NCBI GenBank assembly: GCA_035706725.1
Contig: DASSUT010000254.1
Coordinates: 1-43,358 of the forward strand
Direction: 5' to 3'
Length of the DNA stretch: 43,358 nucleotides
From: Gaiella sp.
GTDB taxonomy: Bacteria; Actinomycetota; Thermoleophilia; Gaiellales; Gaiellaceae
Every line of letters begins with the position of its first letter. The stretch's first letter is position 1. The notes under the pieces were generated by a model that was not told where the DNA came from, ran no database searches, and worked only from the letters and a program-made list of their open reading frames with translations. The position numbers were made by a program, and so were the translations under genes. Shown here in pieces: positions 18,376 through 26,447 of this stretch.

Positions 18376-18701
18376 GGCGTGCCGCCGGCGACCGCCCGCT
18401 CGGCCGCCTCCTCGTAGCGTCGCCGTGGCTGCGCGCCGTGGATCGTCTCGCCGGGCTCGCCGCGCGAGAAGACCATCACGGTGGGCAACGACAGGACGCC
18501 GTACCGGCCCGGGACAGCGAGGTTCGAGTCGATGTCGAGACGGGCGACGCGCAGGCGACCGGAGTGCCGCCGTTCGAGCTCCTCGAGCCACGGCTCGATC
18601 GCCTTGCACGGCTTGCACCAGGGCGCGGTGAACTCGACCACGACCGGCACCTCCGCCTCCAGCACGTCCCGCTCGAACGCCGCGTCGCTCGTCTCGATCA
18701 C
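18372..18701 (-). CDS. Thioredoxin
   Basis: FERDVL..VPVVVEFTAPWCKPC and YGVLSLPT. GTG 18701 overlaps the upstream gene's stop. Confidence 0.9.
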   Translation of the reverse strand: MIETSDAAFERDVLEAEVPVVVEFTAPWCKPCKAIEPWLEELERRHSGRLRVARLDIDSNLAVPGRYGVLSLPTVMVFSRGEPGETIHGAQPRRRYEEAAERAVAGGTP

Positions 18702-19426
18702 AGCCGCCCCCGAAGCGCCTTCCAGCGGAGCACCGGCACCTGCCGCATCGCCTCCAGGACGATCGCGCTGCTCATCTTCGACTGGCCGACGCGTCGGTCG
18801 ACGAACGTGATCGGGATCTCCACCACCCGGAAGCCCGCGCGGAGCGCGCGGTACGTGCCCTCGATCTGGAACCCGTAGCCGCGTGCCGCGATCGCGTCGC
18901 GGTCGATGGTCTCGAGCACTCCCCGGCGAAAGCACTTGAACCCGCCCGTGAGATCGCGCACGGGGACGCCGAGCACGAGCCGCGCGTACAGCGAGCCGCC
19001 GCGCGAGATCAGGCGGCGCGTGATCCCCCAGTTCTCGGTGCCGCCGCCGTCGACCCAGCGCGAGCCGAGCGCGACGTCGGCGCCGTTCTCGCAGGCGGCG
19101 ATCAGCCGCGGCACATCCCCGGGGTCGTGCGAGAAGTCGCAGTCCATCTCGAGCACGAGCTCCGCGTCCGTCTCGAGCGCCCGCGCGAACCCCGCGAGGT
19201 ACGCGCGGCCGATGCCCTCCTTCCGCGGCCTGTGCAGCACGCCGAGCCAGGGCAGCTCCCCGGCAAGACGGTCGGCGAGCTCGCCGGTCCCGTCCGGCGA
19301 GCCGTCGTCGATCACGAGCACGCGGTCGCGCGAGGCGTCGAGCACCTCCCCGAGCGCGCGCACGAGCGGCTCGAGATTCTCACGCTCGTCGTAGGTCGGC
19401 ACGCAGACGACGGCCCGCACGGTCAC
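18698..19426 (-). CDS. Polyprenol monophosphomannose synthase (GT2, Ppm1/Dpm1-like)
   Basis: PTYDERENL, DDGSPDGTG, EMDCDFSHDP, DLTGGFKCFRR, GYGFQIE and FVDRRVGQSKMS. Confidence 0.92.
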   Translation of the reverse strand: MTVRAVVCVPTYDERENLEPLVRALGEVLDASRDRVLVIDDGSPDGTGELADRLAGELPWLGVLHRPRKEGIGRAYLAGFARALETDAELVLEMDCDFSHDPGDVPRLIAACENGADVALGSRWVDGGGTENWGITRRLISRGGSLYARLVLGVPVRDLTGGFKCFRRGVLETIDRDAIAARGYGFQIEGTYRALRAGFRVVEIPITFVDRRVGQSKMSSAIVLEAMRQVPVLRWKALRGRL

Positions 19427-19544
19427 GCACCGGAGTCTGCCCACGGGACGCGACGAGCAGCGTTCTGAGGAGCCCCGAGGAGAGCCACAGGAATGGGGTG
19501 CGGCGGCGAAGCCTCCGCTTGGCGGACAAACCTATGATCCGCGG

Positions 19545-21251
19545 ATGCCGCCGCTTCCACGGAACAGCGACGTGGCGGACGCGCTCGAGGACCTCGCGGA
19601 CGTCTCGGAGATCCTCGGCGAGCAGGGGTTTCGCGTGCTCGCCTACCGCCGCGCCGCGACCCGTATTCGCGAGACCGCGGCGTCGATCGCCGAGCTCGCG
19701 CTCGCAGGACGCGCCAAGGAGCTTCCCGGCATCGGCGCGACGATCGAGGCGAAGATCGTGGAGCTCGCGGAGACCGGCAGCATGGCCGCGCTCGAGAAGC
19801 GTCGCGCGGAGGTCCCGGACGAGGTCACGCAGTTCCTCAGGCTTCCCGGTCTCGGCCCGAAGACCGCCGCGCGCATCTGGCGCGAGCTCGGCGTGACCAC
19901 GCTCGAGGAGCTCCGCGCGGCGGCCGAGCAGCAGCGGGTCCGGACGCTGCAGGGTCTCGGTGCGAAGAGCGAGGAGCGGATCCTCGGCGCGCTCGCGAAG
20001 GGCTTCGGGCCCGAGCCAGAACGCCGGGGCCTGCTCGGCGTGGGGCTGCCGGTCCTGCGTGAGGTGGTGGCCGCGCTGCGCGAGCATCCGGCGGCCGTCG
20101 AGGTCTCCGAGGCAGGCAGTGTCCGACGCGGCCGCGAGACCTTCCGCGACCTCGACGTGATCGCGACCGCGAGCGACCCCCCAGCGCTGATCGAGCACTT
20201 CGTGACCCTCCCGTGGGTCCTGGAGATCGCAGCGCACGGCGACACGAAGGCGACGGTGGTGACGAAGCAGGGTCTCCGCATCGATCTCCGCGTCGTGCCG
20301 CCCGAGGACTTCGGCAGCCTGCTCCAGCACTTCACGGGCTCGAAGAACCACAACGTCGCGCTCCGGGAGGACGCCCAGCGGCGCGGGCTCTCGATCTCCG
20401 AGTACGGCGTCATGGTCCTCGAGACCGGCGAGGTGCACCGCTTTCGCACGGAAGCCGAGCTCTACGACTTCCTCGGCTACGCCTGGATCCCGCCCGAGCT
20501 CCGGGAGGACGCCGGAGAGCTCGCCGCCGCACGGAACGGGTCGCTGCCGGCGCTCGTCGAGGTCGGCGACCTCGTCGGAGAGCTCCACTGTCACTCGACC
20601 TGGTCGTGGGACGGTCGCTCGACGATCGAGGAGATGGCGCGTGCCGCGCGCGCGCGGGGTGACCGGTTCCTCGCGCTCACCGACCACTCGCACTACCTGC
20701 GGGAGGGCCGCATGGAGGCGCAGTGGCGCGAGATCGACGAGGTGAACGAGCGCGTGAAACCGTTCCGCGTCCTCCGGGGCGTCGAGGCGAACATCCGCCC
20801 GGACGGGTCGATCGACGTCGCGGACGAGATGCTCGCCGAGCTCGAGTGGGTGGTCGCGTCTCTCCATACCGCGTTCGACAGGAGCCCGACCGAGCGCGTC
20901 CTCGCCGCGCTCGACCACCCGCACGTCGACTCGATCGGCCACCTGACCGGACGCAAGCTCAACAAGCGGTCGGGCGCCGAGATCGACGTCGAGCAGGTCG
21001 TCGCGCGTGCCGTGGAGACCGGCACGGCGCTCGAGATCAACAGCCAGCCGGACCGGCTCGACATGCGCGACGTCCACGCACGTCTCGCCGGCGAAGCGGG
21101 CGTGCTTGTGCCGATCACGACCGACGCCCACTCCGAGGCCGCGCTCGGCTACCGCGAGCTCGGCGTCGCCCAGGCGCGCCGTGCGTGGCTGACGAAGGAG
21201 CAGGTGCTGAACACGCGGCCGTGGCGCGAGATCTCGAGCCGCCGCCGCTAG
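19545..21251 (+). CDS. polX: DNA polymerase X with C-terminal PHP domain
   Basis: AYRRAA, HhH motifs (LPGIG, LPGLGPK), GSVRR..RDLD, RIDLR and HFTGSK. PHP motifs HCH, TDHS, GHLTGR and TDAH. Confidence 0.95.
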   Translation: MPPLPRNSDVADALEDLADVSEILGEQGFRVLAYRRAATRIRETAASIAELALAGRAKELPGIGATIEAKIVELAETGSMAALEKRRAEVPDEVTQFLRLPGLGPKTAARIWRELGVTTLEELRAAAEQQRVRTLQGLGAKSEERILGALAKGFGPEPERRGLLGVGLPVLREVVAALREHPAAVEVSEAGSVRRGRETFRDLDVIATASDPPALIEHFVTLPWVLEIAAHGDTKATVVTKQGLRIDLRVVPPEDFGSLLQHFTGSKNHNVALREDAQRRGLSISEYGVMVLETGEVHRFRTEAELYDFLGYAWIPPELREDAGELAAARNGSLPALVEVGDLVGELHCHSTWSWDGRSTIEEMARAARARGDRFLALTDHSHYLREGRMEAQWREIDEVNERVKPFRVLRGVEANIRPDGSIDVADEMLAELEWVVASLHTAFDRSPTERVLAALDHPHVDSIGHLTGRKLNKRSGAEIDVEQVVARAVETGTALEINSQPDRLDMRDVHARLAGEAGVLVPITTDAHSEAALGYRELGVAQARRAWLTKEQVLNTRPWREISSRRR

Positions 21252-21413
21252 GGGTCTGTCCGGAAAGTCGAACAGGACGCCTGACAGGCGTCACGTGTCG
21301 CGATGCAGCGTCCTCGGTCGCCCCGATACGTTCCAGTATCGAGGCTCCCTGCGTCCTCGCCTCGCGGCACGTGCCGCGTGTCATCCATCGTGCCCACTTT
21401 CCGGACAGGCCCC
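21251..21413. mobile_element. Non-autonomous MITE-like element, about 163 bp, flanked by TA
   Basis: 18-bp terminal IRs GGGGTCTGTCCGGAAAGT / ACTTTCCGGACAGGCCCC (one mismatch). TA on both sides (21249-50 and 21414-15). Internal hairpin CGATAC-GTTCCA-GTATCG. No transposase. Confidence 0.75.
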
Positions 21414-21419
21414 TAAGCG

Positions 21420-22130
21420 TCAGAGCGCCCGCAGCAGCGCGAGCACGCCTGCCGGGCCGTCGACGACGACGTCCGCCGAAGCGAGAAGTGCGGGCGGAGC
21501 CTCGGGCGAGTCGACCGCCACCCGGACGCCGAGCTCGAGCCCGTCGAGGCCCGTGAACGCATCGAGGTCGGTCGCGTCGTCGCCCGCGTAGAGCGCGCGC
21601 GTCACGGCCGCCCGGGCGACGAGTGCGGCCACCGCGGTTCCCTTGTCGGCCTCGACCGGGGGGCGCACTTCGAGCACCATGCGGCCCCAACGGGGAACGA
21701 GACCTTCCGTCCGTGCGGCGGCGGCCACGCGCGTCAGGTAGGCGCGCGCCGCGGCCTCGTCGTCGGCGCGGCGGAAGTGGAACGAGACGCTGAGTGGCTT
21801 CCGCTCCGCCGGCCAGTCGACGCCCGAGGCGAACGCCGCCATCCGGTCGGCCCAGCCCCGGGCCTCGGGCGCCAGCTCGAGGCCGTGCTCGCCGACCAGG
21901 GCGACACCCGGCACCCCGACGAGGCGCTCGACCTCTTCGCCGGGCCGGCCGCTCACGCACGCGACGAGTGCGTAGCGGGAGGCGAGGCGCGCGAGCTCAC
22001 GGCGGGTCTCGTCCGGGACGGCTGCGTTCTCGGGCCGCGACACGATCGGCGCGAGCGTGCCGTCCACGTCGAGGAGAATCGCGGCCCGCTGCGGCTCCGC
22101 CGCGAGCCGCTGCAGCAGGTCGCCCGACAC
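21420..22130 (-). CDS. otsB: Trehalose-6-phosphate phosphatase (HAD IIB)
   Basis: DVDGTLAPIV, VSGR, GEHGLE, GRMVLEVRP, DKG and GDDATD. Confidence 0.93.
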   Translation of the reverse strand: MSGDLLQRLAAEPQRAAILLDVDGTLAPIVSRPENAAVPDETRRELARLASRYALVACVSGRPGEEVERLVGVPGVALVGEHGLELAPEARGWADRMAAFASGVDWPAERKPLSVSFHFRRADDEAAARAYLTRVAAAARTEGLVPRWGRMVLEVRPPVEADKGTAVAALVARAAVTRALYAGDDATDLDAFTGLDGLELGVRVAVDSPEAPPALLASADVVVDGPAGVLALLRAL

Positions 22131-22173
22131 AGCCGCCTAGGATACGGCGGGTGCGTCCCGAACCCGCCCCTCG

Positions 22174-22524
22174 GTGATCGCGCGCCTCGTCCTCATCGGC
22201 CTCGTGGCCGGCGTGTTCTCGACGGTGTTCGGGGTCGGCGGCGGGATCGTGGTCGTGCCGCTCCTCGTCGGGCTCGTGCGCATGCCCACCCATTCCGCTG
22301 CGGCGACCTCGCTGGGCGCGATCCTCATCACCGCGACCGCCGGCGCCGTGCTCTACGCCGCCCGGGGCGAGGTCCGGCTCGAATACGCGGCGCTCGTCGG
22401 GCTCCCGGCCGTCGCCGGCGCCGTCGTCGGCGCGCACGTCCAGCAGCGGATGTCGGGTCGCGTGCTGACGCTTGCGTTCGCCGGGCTGCTCGCGGTGATC
22501 GGCGTCAGGCTGGTCGTCCAATGA
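22174..22524 (+). CDS. Half-size TauE/SafE (TSUP) family membrane protein
   Basis: FGVGGGIVVVPLL and AAATSL motifs; about 4 TM segments in 116 aa. Confidence 0.85.
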   Translation: MIARLVLIGLVAGVFSTVFGVGGGIVVVPLLVGLVRMPTHSAAATSLGAILITATAGAVLYAARGEVRLEYAALVGLPAVAGAVVGAHVQQRMSGRVLTLAFAGLLAVIGVRLVVQ

Positions 22525-22916
22525 GCGGGTGGGAGATACCGGCGGCGTTGTGCCTCGGCCTCGCCGCCGGGGTGCTCTCCGGGGTGTTCGGTGTCGGAGG
22601 CGGGATCCTGTTCGTCCCGACGCTGCTCCTCCTCGGCCTCGACCAGGTCGAGGCGTCGGCGACGTCGCTCCTCGCGATCGTCCCCACCGCCGCCGCAGGG
22701 GTGCTGCGCCAGCGCGGGTACGGGAACTTTCGGGCGCGGCCGGCGCTCGTCGTCGGCGCGGTGTCGATCGCCGGCGCGGAGCTCGGCGTGCAGATCGCGA
22801 CGCGGCTCGACGAGGACGTCCTCCGCCGTGCCTTCGGCGTGCTGCTCCTGCTCGTCGCGCTCCGCCTGGCCTTCACGGGCGCACGCGCGCCGCGGCGCTA
22901 CCCTGACGTGTCGTGA
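22521..22916 (+). CDS. Second half-size TauE/SafE (TSUP) family membrane protein
   Basis: ATGA overlap with the previous gene. Motifs FGVGGGILFVPTL, ASATSL and LRRAFG. Confidence 0.85.
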   Translation: MSGWEIPAALCLGLAAGVLSGVFGVGGGILFVPTLLLLGLDQVEASATSLLAIVPTAAAGVLRQRGYGNFRARPALVVGAVSIAGAELGVQIATRLDEDVLRRAFGVLLLLVALRLAFTGARAPRRYPDVS

Positions 22917-24433
22917 GGAGCGCCCGCGCACCGCTCGTGCTCGTCCTCGCGCTCGGGGTGCTCGTCGCCGGAGTCGCGGGCGCCGCGCCGGACGACTCGA
23001 CCGCGACCACGACGGGGGCGACCGCGCTCGTCGCGTCGGTCACGCTTCCGGGCCAGCCCGCGAGCTCGACCGGTCAGCTCGAGGCGCCGCCGACGGCGAG
23101 CGCCGGGGGGCCGTTCTCGTACCCCGAGGACGGGTCGGCGCTCCGGATCGGGGCGTCGTCGGCGAGCGTCACGGCGCAGGCAGGCACGTCGTCGTCCGCC
23201 GAGGGAACCGTGCGTGCCATCGGCGTCTCGCTGCTCGGCGGCGAGATCGTGGCGGACACGGTGTCGATCCGCGCGGGCGCAGCGGCCGGCGTCGCAGGCG
23301 CGACCGCGGACGTCGGCTCGTCCGAGATCACCGGTCTCGTCGTGCTCGGACAGCCCGTCGGCACGACCACGAGCGCCCAGCTGCCGCTCGCCGACTGGGG
23401 CACGCTCGACGTGCTGGTCTCGACGAGCTCCACCGCGCCCGGGACGCCCCGCTCTGGCTCGAGCTCGATCACCGGCATCCGCGTGAGGCTGATCTCGGAG
23501 CACAACGGCCTGCCCGCAGGGTCGGAAATCGTCGTCGGAGCGGCGACGGCCGAGGCGGTCGCGGTGCCGACCCCCGCAGCGCCGATCCCCCACGGGACGG
23601 CCGGCGGCGGAGGAGGCGCGGACAAGGGCGGCGGAGCCGTCGCGGGAGGAGGAGCGACGACCGGACGGCAGCTCCCGGGTCAGCGGCCGGCATCCGCGCC
23701 GCGCCCGGCGGCGCACCCGTCTCCCTCCGCACCGCGCGAGCCCGGGCGCTCGATCCCCGGGGTTCCGCCCGAGCTCGTGAAGCCCGCGCCGGAGGTCACC
23801 GCGCGACTCAGCCAGGGCGGTTACGTATTCCCGCTGTTCGGCCCCGCCGCGTTCGGCGACACGTTCGGCGCGTTCCGCGGCGACGTCGCAGGCAAATGGC
23901 ACCACGGCGAGGACATTGTGGCCCCGCTCGGCACCCCGGTCCTCGCCGTCGCGGACGGCACGCTGTTCTCGGTCGGCTGGAACGACATCGGAGGCTGGCG
24001 GCTCTGGCTGCGCGATCGCGCGGGGAACGAGTTCTACTATGCGCACCTGAGCGCGTACTCGCCCATCGCGACCGACGGGCGCACCGTGAGGGCGGGCGAG
24101 GTGCTCGGCTTCGTGGGCAACTCCGGCGACGCGGACGGGGGCGTGACCCACCTCCATTTCGAGATCCACCCCGTCGACCTGGTGCACCTCGGCTACGACG
24201 GCGCGGTCGCGCCGTATCCCTTCCTCGTCGCGTGGCGGCGGGCCGACGACGTGTCGTTCGCGACCGGCCGGCAGTACGTGCCGACGGCGGGCGGCGCTGC
24301 GCCGGTCGCGCTCGCGCGCGCGGGCGCGGTCCTGCTCGAGTCGACCGACATCTCGGCATCGAGCGGTCTCGTTCCGGGCGCGCTGAAGCGGGCGCTCGCG
24401 TCACGCGAGGCCCGCCCCAACCGCACTCCTTGA
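22913..24433 (+). CDS. Secreted M23 family metallopeptidase with beta-rich N-terminal domain and Pro/Gly linker
   Basis: Signal peptide. M23 motifs HHGEDI (HxxxD), GTPVLAVADG, YYAHL, GFVGNSG and HLHFEI. Confidence 0.9.
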   Translation: MRSARAPLVLVLALGVLVAGVAGAAPDDSTATTTGATALVASVTLPGQPASSTGQLEAPPTASAGGPFSYPEDGSALRIGASSASVTAQAGTSSSAEGTVRAIGVSLLGGEIVADTVSIRAGAAAGVAGATADVGSSEITGLVVLGQPVGTTTSAQLPLADWGTLDVLVSTSSTAPGTPRSGSSSITGIRVRLISEHNGLPAGSEIVVGAATAEAVAVPTPAAPIPHGTAGGGGGADKGGGAVAGGGATTGRQLPGQRPASAPRPAAHPSPSAPREPGRSIPGVPPELVKPAPEVTARLSQGGYVFPLFGPAAFGDTFGAFRGDVAGKWHHGEDIVAPLGTPVLAVADGTLFSVGWNDIGGWRLWLRDRAGNEFYYAHLSAYSPIATDGRTVRAGEVLGFVGNSGDADGGVTHLHFEIHPVDLVHLGYDGAVAPYPFLVAWRRADDVSFATGRQYVPTAGGAAPVALARAGAVLLESTDISASSGLVPGALKRALASREARPNRTP

Positions 24434-24443
24434 GCCGTAGGGC

Positions 24444-24965
24444 CTAGCTCTTCGAGGCCCTCGTGCCGGCCTTGCCGGACGAGGCCCCGACAGGCTCCTC
24501 GCCTGCGGGCTCGGACGGCTCCCCGTTCGCGGGCGCCATGCCATCCGGCGGAGCGTACGACTCGAGGGGCTCGAGGTCGTCGCTGCCCGCGATCATGTCG
24601 AGGATCTTCTCGCGCGTCTGCGGGCCCGTCCACGGGTTGTAGAGGATCCCCGCCACGATCCCGGCGAGGATCAGCATCTTCCGGCCCTTGTGGCTCTTCT
24701 TCTTCGTGCCCTGGAGCGTGCCGGCGGCGCTCGTGAGGTCCTCGAGCGCGCGCTTCATGTGCTCCTGCGCCTTCTTGTCGGTCGCGAGGTTGCGCGCCGA
24801 GGCCGCCACGCCGTCGCCCTTCGTGAGCGGCCCGTAGAGCTCGCGGGCCGCGGAGAGCGCGTCCTTCAGGTCCTTCCGGAACTCCTCGTCGCGAAGGGCG
24901 CGCTCGAGATACGGCCTGACCGCCTCGAACGTGTCCGCCACCTTCGCCGCTTGCTTCTTCGCCAT
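24444..24965 (-). CDS. Hypothetical helical protein with one hydrophobic segment and an acidic/Pro-rich tail
   Basis: RBS GAAAGGA upstream of ATG, typical codon usage, segment KMLILAGIVAGILYNPW. Confidence 0.8.
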   Translation of the reverse strand: MAKKQAAKVADTFEAVRPYLERALRDEEFRKDLKDALSAARELYGPLTKGDGVAASARNLATDKKAQEHMKRALEDLTSAAGTLQGTKKKSHKGRKMLILAGIVAGILYNPWTGPQTREKILDMIAGSDDLEPLESYAPPDGMAPANGEPSEPAGEEPVGASSGKAGTRASKS

Positions 24966-25036
24966 CGCGGCATTCCTTTCGTCTCGGGAGGGTTTCTGAA
25001 GTATTACCCGGCTCGCGCGCCTCTAGGCTTCGAGGC

Positions 25037-25213
25037 GTGTCGACCGTGAAGCGAATCGCGCTCGTCGCGGCCGCCGCCGTCTCCGCGGTCGCATACGTCT
25101 GGGTCGCGGCGGTCCGGGCGGTACCGGGCGTCAGGCGGCGGAAGGCGGCCGCGCGGGCCGGCCGATTCAGGGACGCCGCTGCGGGGCGTCGCGACTACGA
25201 TCGCCCGTCATGA
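25037..25213 (+). CDS. Small membrane protein (58 aa), not in the ORF track
   Basis: MSTVKRIALVAAAAVSAVAYVWVAAVRAVPGVRRRKAAARAGRFRDAAAGRRDYDRPS. TAGGCT lies 7 nt upstream and the stop overlaps the rmlA ATG (ATGA). Confidence 0.6.
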   Translation: MSTVKRIALVAAAAVSAVAYVWVAAVRAVPGVRRRKAAARAGRFRDAAAGRRDYDRPS

Positions 25214-25986
25214 AGGGACTCGTCTGCGCGGGCGGTGAGGCGACGCGCCTCGGCGAGCTGACCCGCGTCGCGAACAAGCACCTGCTGCCCGTCGGCAGCT
25301 GGCCGATGATCTACTACCCGCTCCAGCTCCTCGAGCGGGCGGGCATCGAGAGCGTGCTCGTCGTGACCGGCAAGGGTCACGCCGGCCAGATGATCGACCT
25401 CCTCGGCGACGGCCGCCTCGACGAGCGCGGGTCGGACGCGCCGCTGCTCTCGCTCGACCTCACGTACAAGGTGCAGACTCGCCCTGGGGGGATCGCCCAG
25501 GTCGTGGGCATGGCGCGCGACTTCGCCCAGGGCGAGAGCCTCGTGGTCGTGCTCGGCGACAACATCTTCGAGCGTTCGCAGGCCGCGGCGATCGCCGCCT
25601 GGGCGGGACGGCCCGGCCGTGCGCAGATCTTCGTCAAGGACGTGCCCGACCCCGAGAACTTCGGGGTCGTCGTCTACGACGGCGACGGTGGCGTCTCCGA
25701 CATCGTCGAGAAGGCCGGGATCGTCGACACGCGGTACGAGAAGCCGCCGTCGAGCGACGCGGTGGTGGGCCTGTACTGCTTCCCGCCCGACGTGTTCGAC
25801 GTGATCGCGTCGCTCGAGCCTTCGCGTCGCGGCGAGCTCGAGATCACGGACGTCAACCGGCACTACGCGGTCGAGGGGAGGCTCGACGTCGTCCAGGTCG
25901 AGGGCTGGTGGGAGGACGCGGGCAAGCACTGGACGCACCTCGCGGACATCGGCAGGCGCGTCGAGGAGACCGGGGCGAACAGGTGA
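25210..25986 (+). CDS. rmlA: Glucose-1-phosphate thymidylyltransferase (short RmlA/SpsI-like)
   Basis: AGGEATRL..LT...NKHLLPV, LGDN, PSRRGELEITDVN and WEDAG. Confidence 0.88.
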   Translation: MKGLVCAGGEATRLGELTRVANKHLLPVGSWPMIYYPLQLLERAGIESVLVVTGKGHAGQMIDLLGDGRLDERGSDAPLLSLDLTYKVQTRPGGIAQVVGMARDFAQGESLVVVLGDNIFERSQAAAIAAWAGRPGRAQIFVKDVPDPENFGVVVYDGDGGVSDIVEKAGIVDTRYEKPPSSDAVVGLYCFPPDVFDVIASLEPSRRGELEITDVNRHYAVEGRLDVVQVEGWWEDAGKHWTHLADIGRRVEETGANR

Positions 25987-26447
25987 GCGTCGACGGCGTC
26001 CTCCGCATTCCGCTCGAGCGCTTCGCGGACGAGCGGGGCTGGTTCTGCGAGCTCCGGCGCGACAGCACGCTCCCGCGGCGGATGGCGCAGACGAACCTGA
26101 GCTTCTCGCGGCAGGGCGTGATCCGCGGGCTTCACTACCACGAGCGCGGCCAGGACGACCTGTTCGCGTGCCTTCGGGGCACCGCGCGCGTCGTGATCCT
26201 CGACCGCGCGACAGGGGCGACGTTCACGGAGGACATCGGTGACGAGAACCCCGTCGCGATCTACGTGCCCGGGCGCCACGCGCACGGCTTCGAGGCGCTC
26301 AGCGACCTCCTGTTCTGCTACCACGTGACGGAGGAGTACGATCCCGCCGACCCCGACGAGCAGGGGATCGCGTGGGACGATCCCCGCGTCGCGCACCTGT
26401 GGAGCACCACGACACCGATCCTCTCGGCCCGCGACGCCGCACCCTGA
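25983..26447 (+). CDS. rmlC: dTDP-4-dehydrorhamnose 3,5-epimerase
   Basis: DERGWFCE, QTNLSFS..GVIRGLHYH, AHGF and GIAWDDP. Confidence 0.93.
   Translation: MSVDGVLRIPLERFADERGWFCELRRDSTLPRRMAQTNLSFSRQGVIRGLHYHERGQDDLFACLRGTARVVILDRATGATFTEDIGDENPVAIYVPGRHAHGFEALSDLLFCYHVTEEYDPADPDEQGIAWDDPRVAHLWSTTTPILSARDAAP

Noticed and set aside
26441-26447. Programmed +1 frameshift at CCC-TGA (also at 18372-18377)
   Set aside because: The downstream genes are in the -1 frame, and no slippery heptamer allows re-pairing.
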